Source: Naegleria gruberi
Taxonomy: Eukaryota
Assembly (NCBI GenBank): GCA_000004985.1
Contig: GG738865.1
Reading direction: 5' to 3' (one strand)
DNA length: 64,000 nt
This document shows, piece after piece, positions 13,346 through 23,463 of the stretch. Position 1 is the stretch's first letter; each line of letters begins with the position of its first letter. The position numbers were made by a program, and so were the translations under genes. A model generated the notes under the pieces. The model searched no databases. It was not told the DNA's origin and was given only the letters and a program-made list of their open reading frames with translations.

Positions 13346-14695
13346 ATGTTGGGTCAGTCATCATCTTTAAAAAAAATGGCAACTAAAGTAACCGAAACTC
13401 TTGTTGTGCTTTTGTTGTTATTCTTCGCTACTGCTTCTGGCATTAACGCATCATCACCTGCGGAGCCAGCATTCAAAAGTCAATTACGTTCATGTTTTGA
13501 AGCAAATAGAAATACCGAATGTTTGGCCACACAATCATCTTGGTCTTCATGTGGAGGTTCAGTTTATTCTTCATATCAACTTGCACTCTCCATCTCAATG
13601 AATTGTATGAGAAGTGTCTGTGGAAGTCAAAATAGTTTATGTTGCAATACCTATTGTACAATGTATGGTTTATCTGGATATGATCATTCAGTTTGTTTCA
13701 ATAAGTGTTTCAATGGATATACTGGTTCAGTTGTTGGTGCTGCAACTTTGATGAAAACAATCAAGAGTAGTTTGGATACCAATGTTGATTATGTTCCTCC
13801 TGCCACAGCTCAAAAGAAGGACGATGAAACCAAAGTCTATTGTGATATTCCATGTAATTCAGAATTTGCTTTCTATTCCACAACTGGTAAACAACCAAGT
13901 ATTTTAAATGGTGGTTTGAAGGCATTGTTGGCTTCTAATACCAAGACTAATACTTTGGCTGCTAAGAAAAAGCTCATTTCTTCTTGGTCAACCAAGGTTG
14001 GTTCCTCTAAGCCATCATCCTCATCCTCCTCCTCACGTAAGAGCATCAGCAGCATTAAAAGCATCATTGGAAGAAGTAATAGTGGTTACAACAAGGCCAT
14101 TTCAAAGAGCATCTCAAAATACCTTGGCTTCAAACCAGTTAAACAAATTAATAGTGATCTGGTCTATAAGAGACTTGTTAAATTTGTTTCAAGCATTCCA
14201 AGTCTTGGATACATCTTGAGAGGTATTCGTGATAAGAAAACCAGAACCTACCTTACAAGAGGTTACAAATTCATTCAAGCTGCTAGAAAACAAGTCTATC
14301 CACAAAAAGCATTTGCAATCTATGATGGTAAAGTATTGAATGTGAAAGCCACAGTTCAATTGGGTAATCCAGCATTGGTTAAGCAGAGAAGTACCATTTT
14401 CCCAATTCCATTCAATTCATTGACTCCATCTTCACTTTCAAAGAAATCCTTTTTCAATTCCAGTGTTAAACATAATCAAATCTGTACTGGTACAGCTATT
14501 GCCAAAGTGGAATATTATCGTAGATCTCGTATCACTTGTAAAAAGATCAAGTCATGGATTAGTGGAGCTTCAAAGATTAATCCAAAGAATATTTATCAAG
14601 TCAACAAGTTCCTCTTCCTTGTTTATAATCAATGTAAGAAAGCTAAAGCTACTTGTGTTGTTCCATTTGTTGAAGCAATCAAAACAACTGATTAA
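13346..14695 (+). CDS. Secreted cysteine-rich protein, paralogue 1 of a three-member uncharacterised family (likely start at second Met, 13376: MATKVTETLVVLLLLFFATASG)
   Basis: Signal peptide, then a ~10-Cys N-terminal module (SCFEANRNTEC..SSCGGS..MNCMRSVCGSQNSLCCNTYCTMYGLSGYDHSVCFNKCF). A K/S-rich linker follows. The conserved C-terminal 4-Cys module is QICTGT..YYRRSRITCKKIKSW..NQCKKAKATCVVPF. Confidence 0.7.
   Translation: MLGQSSSLKKMATKVTETLVVLLLLFFATASGINASSPAEPAFKSQLRSCFEANRNTECLATQSSWSSCGGSVYSSYQLALSISMNCMRSVCGSQNSLCCNTYCTMYGLSGYDHSVCFNKCFNGYTGSVVGAATLMKTIKSSLDTNVDYVPPATAQKKDDETKVYCDIPCNSEFAFYSTTGKQPSILNGGLKALLASNTKTNTLAAKKKLISSWSTKVGSSKPSSSSSSSRKSISSIKSIIGRSNSGYNKAISKSISKYLGFKPVKQINSDLVYKRLVKFVSSIPSLGYILRGIRDKKTRTYLTRGYKFIQAARKQVYPQKAFAIYDGKVLNVKATVQLGNPALVKQRSTIFPIPFNSLTPSSLSKKSFFNSSVKHNQICTGTAIAKVEYYRRSRITCKKIKSWISGASKINPKNIYQVNKFLFLVYNQCKKAKATCVVPFVEAIKTTD
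13445..13740. repeat. Left arm of a ~300-bp inverted repeat (partner 16740..17035), about 95% identical
   Basis: The N-terminal ~100 mature residues of paralogues 1 and 3 are identical. Shadow ORFs 13473..13661(-) and 16797..16985(+) differ at 3 of 62 residues. Nucleotide differences I could read are synonymous (e.g. TCACCTGCGGAG vs TCTCCAGCGGAA). Confidence 0.65.
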
Positions 14696-14904
14696 ATTTT
14701 TGTAATTCAATAACTTTTTACAAATATAATATTAATAATATTGAAAAATACTTATTACAATTACAGGTCTGTTACAAAATCTTTTAATGGATAGGAATAG
14801 CATTTTTAAAATACTCGCTCAAACTATATGCAAATTAAACAGTGTACTTTTCACCAAATGTGTATGTGACTCAAAACATCCAACTGTCACACCAGTAAAA
14901 AAAA

Positions 14905-15894
14905 ATGACATTGTCATCCAAACAAATTGTCGTTGTGTTAATTATTGTTGGATTCTGTGTTTCTTACACATTGGCTTCTTCTGCCAGCGAACCAGCATTC
15001 AAAAGTCAATTACGTTCATGTTTTGAAGGAAACAGAAACACAGAATGCATAGTCAATCAAGGAAGCTGGAATTCTTGTGGTCGTTCAGTTTATTCTTCCT
15101 ATCAATTAGCTGTTTCCATTTCAATGAATTGTATGAGAAGTGTTTGTGGTAGTCAAAATGGTTTATGTTGTAATACTTATTGTTCAATGTTTGGTTTATC
15201 TGGAAGTGATCATTCGAATTGTTTCTCCTCATGTTATAATTCATACAGGCCATCGACAAATGGTGGTTCATCTTTTGGTGGAAATATTCCTGCAGCTAGT
15301 GATGCTTTAACTGGTTCTGTATCTTGTTCTATTCCATGCGCTGCTGCTTTCTCCTTCTATGAAAATAAAGTAGCCGAAAGTGTGGCCAAAAAACCAGCAG
15401 AAGTCAAGACATTCAAAACTTTGGTCAAGAATTTACAATCTGGCAAACCAATCAAAAAATCAAATCCTGGCTACACAATCACCTCTGCCAAGACTTTGTC
15501 AACCAGCAGCCCTAGTTCTGCAACCTATTTCACAGCACTTAAACCAAAAGTTGTCCTGAAGGGAAGTGAACATAATCAAGTCTTACGTACCTCTATTGAA
15601 GAAGCTGTTCCAACAAACTTGGACTCGGCTCAATTTTACAATTCTCAAGTGGCATCCAATCAAATTTGTTCCAATTCAATGAAAGATGTTGTAAAGGTTT
15701 CAATTTTGAAGAATACCAAAATTGAATGTTCTAAATTGTTGCAATGGATTAAGAATGATAAGACAATTGCTCCTGAAAATTTGGAAAATGTTTATAATTT
15801 CATGTTGGTTTTGCATCAAAAGTGTTCTGCTTTGCCAAATAGTAAATGTGTCATGCCAAATGTTGGATCCATCAAGCTCACTAACACTAAATAA
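14905..15894 (+). CDS. Secreted cysteine-rich protein, paralogue 2 (more divergent)
   Basis: Signal peptide (MTLSSKQIVVVLIIVGFCVSYTLASSA). Same N-terminal Cys module (SCFEGNRNTEC..CGSQNGLCCNTYCSMFGLSGSDHSNCFSSC) and C-terminal module (QICSNS..IECSKLLQW..HQKCSALPNSKCVMP). Confidence 0.7.
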   Translation: MTLSSKQIVVVLIIVGFCVSYTLASSASEPAFKSQLRSCFEGNRNTECIVNQGSWNSCGRSVYSSYQLAVSISMNCMRSVCGSQNGLCCNTYCSMFGLSGSDHSNCFSSCYNSYRPSTNGGSSFGGNIPAASDALTGSVSCSIPCAAAFSFYENKVAESVAKKPAEVKTFKTLVKNLQSGKPIKKSNPGYTITSAKTLSTSSPSSATYFTALKPKVVLKGSEHNQVLRTSIEEAVPTNLDSAQFYNSQVASNQICSNSMKDVVKVSILKNTKIECSKLLQWIKNDKTIAPENLENVYNFMLVLHQKCSALPNSKCVMPNVGSIKLTNTK

Positions 15895-15969
15895 ATTGTG
15901 GATCTATCAATTAATAACTAATTTTTATTAGAAAGCACCCAAATCATAAATTTCCAAAATAAAATTATT

Positions 15970-17124
15970 TTAAAGAGTGTCAGTATTCAAATTAATTCTT
16001 CTAAACATTGGAACAACACATTGTTTAGACTTCTTTGGAATGAGAGATCTACACTTATTATGAACAATCATCATGAATTTGTAAACAGTAAGCAAATTAT
16101 TTGGTGAAATTTCTGAAACTTCCTTCATCCAACGTTGAATCTTGTTACAATTTACTCTAGATCTCTTATAATAGGTAACTTCAACTGTCTTTCCAGTATT
16201 GGCACAGATTTGATTTTTACCAACTTGGCTGCTTTTCAAAACGGGATTCAAAGGGACAACCTTATCAAGTGAAATGTCAAAAACTTGAAGTCTGTCACGA
16301 GTTACTTGAATAACATTGGAAATCATCTTTTTATCAGTTTTTCCTGATGATTTAGAGGTTGATTTAGTGACCTTTCCATTCTTAATAGTTGTGAGTTTAG
16401 TTTTTTTCACAAAAGACGAAATGAAAAGTTTCTTCTTTTTGCCCAATACTGAAACTCCACCATTTCCACTTGCTGTTCCAGTAGTACTATTTGAACCATT
16501 AATTTGAGAAAGGAGAGTTCTCAAGAAATTTCTTTCCTTTCTTGTTGGTTGTTCATTGGCAAAATAAAAAGCATAAGTAGCATCACATGAAACAGAACAT
16601 TTGACAATGGCTTTATCATCAGTGGTGGCACTTTTTGGAACAAAGTCAGAGTTATCATCGAATGGGATGGAAGCATAAGCAATAGAAGTAGAAATTGGTT
16701 TCATCAAAGTTGCAGCAGCAGAAACAACTGAACCAGTATATCCATTGAAACACTTATTGAAACAAACTGAATGATCATATCCAGATAAACCATACATTGT
16801 ACAATAAGTATTGCAACATAAACTATTTTGACTTCCACAAACACTTCTCATACAATTCATTGAAATGGAGAGTGCAAGTTGATATGAAGAATAAACTGAA
16901 CCTCCACATGAAGACCAAGATGATTGTGTGGCTAAACATTCGGTATTTCTATTTGCTTCAAAACATGAACGTAATTGACTTTTGAATGCTGGTTCCGCTG
17001 GAGATGATGCATTGACAAAAGATGAAGATGTGAGAAGGGCTGCCAACAAGACGAAACATGCCAAAACTAGTGGATTGAATCTTGTCATTATTTTTTTTAA
17101 GCTTTCTTCAAAGATGTCACCCAC
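15970..17124 (-). CDS. Secreted cysteine-rich protein, paralogue 3 (inverted orientation; likely start MTRFNPLVLACFVLLAALL at ~17086)
   Basis: N-terminal module identical to paralogue 1 over ~100 aa, then diverged. C-terminal module QICANTGKTVEVTYYKRSRVNCNKIQRW..HNKCRSLIPKKSKQCVVPMF. Confidence 0.7.
   Translation of the reverse strand: MGDIFEESLKKIMTRFNPLVLACFVLLAALLTSSSFVNASSPAEPAFKSQLRSCFEANRNTECLATQSSWSSCGGSVYSSYQLALSISMNCMRSVCGSQNSLCCNTYCTMYGLSGYDHSVCFNKCFNGYTGSVVSAAATLMKPISTSIAYASIPFDDNSDFVPKSATTDDKAIVKCSVSCDATYAFYFANEQPTRKERNFLRTLLSQINGSNSTTGTASGNGGVSVLGKKKKLFISSFVKKTKLTTIKNGKVTKSTSKSSGKTDKKMISNVIQVTRDRLQVFDISLDKVVPLNPVLKSSQVGKNQICANTGKTVEVTYYKRSRVNCNKIQRWMKEVSEISPNNLLTVYKFMMIVHNKCRSLIPKKSKQCVVPMFRRINLNTDTL
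16740..17035. repeat. Right arm of the ~300-bp inverted repeat (partner 13445..13740)
   Basis: See the left-arm entry. The arms are separated by ~3 kb containing paralogue 2. Confidence 0.65.
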
Positions 17125-17305
17125 AAGAACACTGACACAATCAAAATGGGTAAATTTGTCAAAAAAAATTTAACACACTAAATATCTTATAACCATCACC
17201 CGTCAATATTATTATTCGAATCCAATGAACATTCAAAGAGAGATGAAAGAAATTAAAGGGAACTTGCAAGTGAAAAGTTCCCGCCAAAAATAACTACAAA
17301 AAAAA
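17125..17305. promoter_or_regulatory. Compact (~180 bp) divergent intergenic region between paralogue 3 (-) and the polytopic membrane protein gene (+); putative bidirectional promoter
   Basis: The two start codons (17124 on - and 17306 on +) face away from each other. The intervening sequence is AT-rich with an A-run immediately upstream of each ATG. Confidence 0.3.
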
Positions 17306-20300
17306 ATGAGTAAAAACATATGGTTGCCGCCACTTTCGCTATCATCTCTGCAGAGAAATGATGGGAAGAACATCATGTTTGACACTCAGAAAGTAATCAA
17401 GCCGACCACCTGGTTGTATATAATGATGATACTGCTGATATTGTTAATGAATAGTGGAGGAGTTGTGAGATGTGGAAATGTTGTGGAAGTGGATGCTGAG
17501 GAAGTGAGGCAGTTGGATTTATATTTGAAAAAATCAAAACCTGATTTGGAAAATTCTCAGCTAGCTTTATTGGCATTTAAGGAGACGAGTCAAATGCTTA
17601 TACTCACCAAGACATTGTCATCCTTGTCCATCACACCAAGAACAATATTTTACTCTGCAGGGTTTATCGGAAATACTATTGTTCAATTGAATGCAAGTGA
17701 AATCAAATTCACCTCCTTGGCTAATGTATTTAACAATTCAACAAGACCATACAAAGTTGTTGATAGGCTTACATCATTATGCTCTTCTACTCTTTCTCAA
17801 TTATATCAGAACAACACCTTTATTCCAAATTATTATATTTGTTTTTTCAAAACAACACTCACATCAGAGAATAGAGTTTTCTTCTCAACAACAAGTGAAG
17901 GATTCAGATGTTTAAAACTAAATTCGGATGGGGATGTAATAACCAAGGATGTTTCTAAGGGATTTATTGAAGATTTTGCTACCTCATTATGTGTTATAAC
18001 CATAATATTTATAGCCCTTCTGTGGGTACAAGGATCATTTAAAAGGAGAATTATTGATACAAAGAGATATCCCTTTACCAATTATTACTTTGGAAACGAT
18101 ACTGATTGGAACTCTTCAACTTTTTCGGATCTTTCAGTAACTCTTAGACCAATATTTCCATTCTTTAAACATTTTTCCAATCAGTTTGACAAGCTTTATA
18201 AACTGATATTCAGATCAATTCAAAACAAAGTGGACCAGGAACATATTAGGAAGTATAAGAAATTTGGCTCTTCAACACTGCTGAAATACCAATTATTCTT
18301 CGACTTTTTCCTCTTTATAGTTATTAGTTGCTTATCAATGGTGCAGTTATTTGTTCCTTCTGTACTATATTTCCCAAATTTTATTCAAATACCTATTAAT
18401 TTTGACCTTGGGAATGACGAAACCTTCACAAGTTATTGGATAGGAGGGGCTGATTTTGTACCTATCAGTTTGGGTTTTTGGTTAATATCCCTCACTTTGA
18501 TGATATTGGGAATAATTTTGTTAATAGTTACTTCTAGTTCAAAAGAAAAGATGATGTATTGGAGCACAAACTCTTTGCCAGACACCAACATTTTGGTTTT
18601 CACTGATGCAATCTTCAAAATTATTTTCATAGTCTTGATTAATGTGATAATCATTTTACTACCGTTCTGGACATTTACCATTAAGGGAGTTCTTATGGTG
18701 GTTATTACAATAGCATCTATTTTCTATGGGAGTCAACAAATTTTAATTCCAACAGAGAAGGTTATTCACGCTATTCATGATGGAAATTATAAGATGGTTG
18801 TTGCCTTCTTGATGTTTGCATATTTTAAGGAACTTCTAGTGATCATACCATTTTTTATTCAGATATTCATGGTGGCCGAAACTATATTTGGGCTAGTTTG
18901 GAGCTTGATTCTTTCCTTTGTTGCAAACAACAGCAAGCTTTCCTTGATTGGTATTTTTGGTATTGTAATTAATTCTGCAACAAGTTTACTTCAAGACTTA
19001 CTACAGCCATCCAGAGTTACCAGGAAAAAGATTGTGGAAAGGTCAGATACATTCGTTTTTCCCTCTCTAACAAAGACCAGCACACAATTCATCCTTGATA
19101 ATGTCGCTGCAAAATATGGTGGCATTATTAATACCTACTCTAAACTGGTAGAAAGTAATGAGATGGTGGATTATACATACAAGGATATTCTCTCATTAAA
19201 TGACAACTTGGAAGAACTTAAGGACATTACAAGAAAAAGAAGTCAGTCTGTTGGAAAATCTGAAAACGGTGAAGCTAAGCTAGCAGCAACAACTATTGAA
19301 AAAATTCACAACCCTGTTAACATCAAATTCGAAAAAAATGAAGACAAAAACGAAGAGGAGCTAAAAACAAGATATACGGAGATCAATGATAGGCCAAAGT
19401 ACATGCATGTTCTCTTCAAGAAAGAAATTGCCTTACTCGTTAGAGGCATCTTCCTTTCAACGCAAGAGAAGAAAAATGAAAAATTGAGAGTAATCTTTAA
19501 GAGAGGAGAGAGGCTTTATACTCCATTGTTGAATACAGACATCAGAAGAATCCATCACAATTTAGTGGGTAGAGTCAAGATAGCAACAGGAAATCTGAGT
19601 AATTATTTAGTAGTAATTTTGATTGCAATGATTATTTTCTTGTCTTTTACTTATTCTGGTGCTGAAAGTGATGGTATGGACATTATGTCAAATATGGCTA
19701 TTGTTATTTCAATCTTTATTCCACAACTTTTTGGAAGATTGGATGAAGGACAAGTTGATGAACTATTCGAAAGAAGAATTGAGGAAACTATCCTTTTAAC
19801 CAAGAGAGATCTTGCAAAGAAACTTGACTTACCAGAGAAGGATCTCAATTTTTGCATTTTCAATTTTCAAAACGATTCAGATATTAGTAACTTTTTAGAG
19901 CACAACACCCCAGCAGTGTCTGAAACTATTGGAAGAAAAATGTAAGTATATTTTAACGAATTGTTTTACTTGAATCAAATGAAAGATTGGAACATTGGGA
20001 AAGTGCTTCAACAAATGGATTTATTACAGCTCAAAAATTCAAGCCACTCATGCTTATTGTATGGGATGAAACCCTTAAAATCAATGCAAAGAAGGGCACT
20101 GCTTCCGCTACAAATGACTATCTCAAGACTCATAGCCAATTCTTGACATCATTTTCAAACATAATTTATTGTATTAGTAATTTTGAGGCTGACTCCTTTG
20201 TGAGTGCTTACGAATTCATTCACGCTGTGGAGCTTCTCAAAAAATCAATCACAAGAAAGGAAGAAGATCAATGCTCAGATATGGATATAACATTTGCATT

Positions 20301-20601
20301 TCTATTCTTTTGCTATTTGAGAGGAAGAAGTGCTGAAGTAGGAATGGTGAATTGTAATTCTTTAGAAGTTAGTTTTGCAGAAGAAGAGTATAACCATTTC
20401 TTTTCCACTTTCTATACTTGGATAGCTGTTAACGATACCAAGAGAGAAAAGCTAAAGGAAGCAAAACAATTTATTGAGTTGGTATTCTCTGTGTATAGCT
20501 CTGAGCAGCGTCTATCATTGGAACATTTCTTGAATAGCTATAGATCGGTCAGAAGTGCAATGTCCAACACAAGTAGATCGATTGAAATCGAAGAGTTTTG
20601 A
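17306..20601 (+). CDS. Large polytopic membrane protein (signal peptide, ~230-aa luminal/extracellular domain, >=8 TM helices, ~300-aa coiled-coil-containing C-terminal region). Probable extra 3' exon: join(17306..19941,20004..20601)
   Basis: 879-aa ORF 17306..19945 ends ..GRKM immediately before a GTAAGT donor at 19942. ORF 19987..20601 is open upstream to 19957 with no ATG, and an in-phase AG acceptor sits at 20003 (alternative 19985). No recognisable domain. Confidence 0.5.
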
Positions 20602-21064
20602 CTGGACATGTAATGGAGCTGACTACAATTCATTTAGCTTAGAAAGAACAGCTCATTTTCTTCAAGTTTGACACAAAAGAAACACAATTTTACTGATGCT
20701 GTCATTCAAACAAAAAAAGAAAGCATTCATCCTGAATGATTAGAGCTTTACCATAGACTTCCAATAAAAAAAGTACGAATGCCAACCTTAAACCAGAAAA
20801 TTACTCTAGTGTTTGAAGTCGTTTTGTGGTATACCTGATGACATTTTTCCATTGAAGAGAACCTTATGTTTTTCAACAACAGAAGTTAACATTCAACCTA
20901 TTTCCTTCATTGATTTACAAATTGGTATAAACAAAGAACAAAAATGATTAGAAATGCACTTGTACAGGAATTGGTTCATTTGTCAACCACTTGAACTGTT
21001 TCTATTGTCAGATTTTCATTGTAAAATAACTTGTTTGCAATTTCCGCAAATCAAGAGAAAAAAA

Positions 21065-22024
21065 ATGAATGCAAAACTCACCATCAAACGCAAGCAATCA
21101 CAATCATCTTCATCGTCTGCATCAGCTTCAGCATCACAATCTTCGCAATCTTCAACAATAAATTCTTCCACAAGTTGTATACAAAATAGTCAAAATGATG
21201 AAGCAGATGATGATGATATTGTGGAGGTGGCTCCATCATTATCGGGAAGTAGTACATTGCACTTTCCGATTAGGACAATGGTATCAATTCATAGGAATGT
21301 AGTGCTACAGATTACATTATTTGACAAGTTGAGGGATAAATCTACATTAAAGTCTTCATTGGCTTCGACTTGGTTTAAAAAGGAGCACCTGGATGAGTTC
21401 TACACTTATTTGAAATACTTTTTGAAGAAACAAATTTATCAGGAAATCAAGTTTATTCCAACAGAACCAGGTAGGATTGAATTGAAAATAGAATTACCTC
21501 CAGAAAAGACGATTCAAGTAATTAAATGTAAAACCATTCAATTTACCTATGAGTGGAAAAAGACATATTCTAATTTTTTCATGTTGAGGAGAAAGGATAC
21601 ACAAGAGGAGTATGAAAGAGAATTATTGAAAGCACAACTTACAAGAAAGCCATCTGTGCCTATTCTTATTGAGGATGATCCACAAGGTCCAGTCAAACAC
21701 AATTTGGATTTAAGTGACGAGGAAACACCAAACAAGAAGCAAAAATCAATTCACAATTTGGATTTGAGTGATGAGGAAAATGTGAAACAAACCCCACCAA
21801 GAAAGAAAAAGAAACCAACTGTTATTATTGAGGATGACGATTCTTCATCATCTGAAGAGGAAGATGTAGAATTAAAGGAAGATATTGAGTTAAACTCTCC
21901 ACCTTTCAAAAAGTTTAAACAAAGTCTGGTATCTTGGCGGTACCAGCTACTTGTCTATTTGGAACCAAAGGAAAAGGATATTCTGGAATTGACAGGAGCT
22001 AAATCAAAAAGCAAATTCTTTTAA
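21065..22024 (+). CDS. Acidic serine-rich protein with multiple SUMO-interaction-motif-like tracts (hypothetical)
   Basis: First plausible ATG at 21065 (MNAKLTIKRK). Motifs DDDIVEVAPS, VPILIEDDP, PTVIIEDDDSSSSEEEDVE and a duplicated NLDLSDEE. The 5' extension of track ORF 20954.. looks non-coding. Confidence 0.5.
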   Translation: MNAKLTIKRKQSQSSSSSASASASQSSQSSTINSSTSCIQNSQNDEADDDDIVEVAPSLSGSSTLHFPIRTMVSIHRNVVLQITLFDKLRDKSTLKSSLASTWFKKEHLDEFYTYLKYFLKKQIYQEIKFIPTEPGRIELKIELPPEKTIQVIKCKTIQFTYEWKKTYSNFFMLRRKDTQEEYERELLKAQLTRKPSVPILIEDDPQGPVKHNLDLSDEETPNKKQKSIHNLDLSDEENVKQTPPRKKKKPTVIIEDDDSSSSEEEDVELKEDIELNSPPFKKFKQSLVSWRYQLLVYLEPKEKDILELTGAKSKSKFF

Positions 22025-22055
22025 TAATTTAAGATTTTTTTACAATTATTTGGAT

Positions 22056-23279
22056 TTAAATATTGAGTACACGAAGTTTTTCAGCTTTTGGAACAGTGTG
22101 GATCAAGACACGACCATCATAAGATACAGTACCAAAGGTCCAGCTGTTAGTATTACTCCAACAAAGAGAGTAGACACTTTCTTCATGTTCATCATATGTG
22201 TGAACAAGGTTATCAAACAATTCCTCCTTCTTTGGTTTGGATTTTTCTTCTTCAGATGCTTGTAATTCTTCGTCTAATTCTTGCTCTTTTGCCTTTGATG
22301 AAATTGAGGCAATAGACCATAAATTTACCTTACTGTCAGTACTTCCTGTCAAAATCAATTGATCATATTGTGGATTAAATCTGACTTTGGAAATCCAGTG
22401 TGAATGACCTCCTAAAACCAACAATGGTTCCTTCGTCGAACGAATATCCCAAAACTTTACAAAGCAGTCATCACCACAAGTTGCCAATCTGTACATATGA
22501 TATGGATTGTATTGGACATCCCTAACCATTTGGTCATGAGCAATAAATTCAACATTCTTCTTATTATTCTTTTCTCTCAAGTCAACTTGGATGACCTTTC
22601 CTTGGGCAGCAACAGCAATAATTTCTGAATGATGAGGATCCCAAGCACCAGTTCTTAATCTTCTTCCACCCAAATCATACTTGTTAACAAATTTACATGT
22701 TTTTTCAAATCTAAATTCTCTCAAACATTTTTCATCGATTGAAATTACACGATCACTAGTTCCATTTTGATCCCATAATATTTCGTGTACTCTTTCATTA
22801 TCAAATTGTTTGGCATCTAATTTTGACAGAGTTTCCAAATTATTGGTATTATTACTTTCCAATTCTTCTCCAACATCTGATTGTCCTGCTTGTTCCGAAT
22901 ATGTTGACATTCCGTATAGTGCTGCTTCAAAACCATTTTTAATGGTATTATATGTTGTGAAGAAATATTTTGGTTTTGATGGATGTGGACTAATCGACCA
23001 AACTTCGTGTTGATGTGAAAAAGCAGCTTGACAAAAAACATCATTTTCTTCCTCGTTAAATTCAATAAGATGGACTTCATTGTTGGCATTCAGAGCACAA
23101 GTTCCTACAAGAAATCTATTATTTTGAGTATCACCTTTTACCGCAGCCATACATCTACTCTTGTTTAAACGTTGACCATAGATTGCAGAGGTGTGTCCGT
23201 GACTATCCTGTTGTGATGCTGATGAGGCTGTGTAATCACTGTGTGATCGTAAATGTCCTCTTGTGTTGGATCTTTTCAT
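22056..23279 (-). CDS. EIPR1: WD40-repeat protein, EIPR1/TSSC1 (EARP-interacting protein) homologue
   Basis: Similarity from memory to TSSC1: NRFLVGT, LATCGDDCFVKFWDIRSTKEP, GHSHWISKVRFNPQYDQLILTGSTDSKVNLWSIASISS, YDEHEESVYSLCWS, VSYDGRVLIHTVP. Single 407-aa exon. Confidence 0.75.
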   Translation of the reverse strand: MKRSNTRGHLRSHSDYTASSASQQDSHGHTSAIYGQRLNKSRCMAAVKGDTQNNRFLVGTCALNANNEVHLIEFNEEENDVFCQAAFSHQHEVWSISPHPSKPKYFFTTYNTIKNGFEAALYGMSTYSEQAGQSDVGEELESNNTNNLETLSKLDAKQFDNERVHEILWDQNGTSDRVISIDEKCLREFRFEKTCKFVNKYDLGGRRLRTGAWDPHHSEIIAVAAQGKVIQVDLREKNNKKNVEFIAHDQMVRDVQYNPYHMYRLATCGDDCFVKFWDIRSTKEPLLVLGGHSHWISKVRFNPQYDQLILTGSTDSKVNLWSIASISSKAKEQELDEELQASEEEKSKPKKEELFDNLVHTYDEHEESVYSLCWSNTNSWTFGTVSYDGRVLIHTVPKAEKLRVLNI

Positions 23280-23463
23280 TTTTTAATTATAAATATTAAA
23301 TCTTTTAATAATATATCGTTATGATAATCACCTGTCCCATCACGCCAAACAAAATAAAAACACTTTTTAATATTTTAAATGAATATTAAATATTAAATAA
23401 TATTAAATTTAATTTTATTTAAACACAATCATGGTGTAGATTTTCATTTACATATAAAAAGCA

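Noticed and set aside
13473-13661. 62-aa ORFs (13473..13661 on -, and 16797..16985 on +) that are nearly identical to each other
   Set aside because: They are antisense shadows of the conserved N-terminal module of secreted paralogues 1 and 3. They are useful only as evidence for the inverted repeat.
20954-21064. ORF-track N-terminal extension MHLYRNWFICQPLELFLLSDFHCKITCLQFPQIKRKK of the acidic SIM-like gene
   Set aside because: Its composition is atypical for coding sequence and it lies upstream of a strong A-rich context with ATG at 21065. It is more likely 5' UTR.
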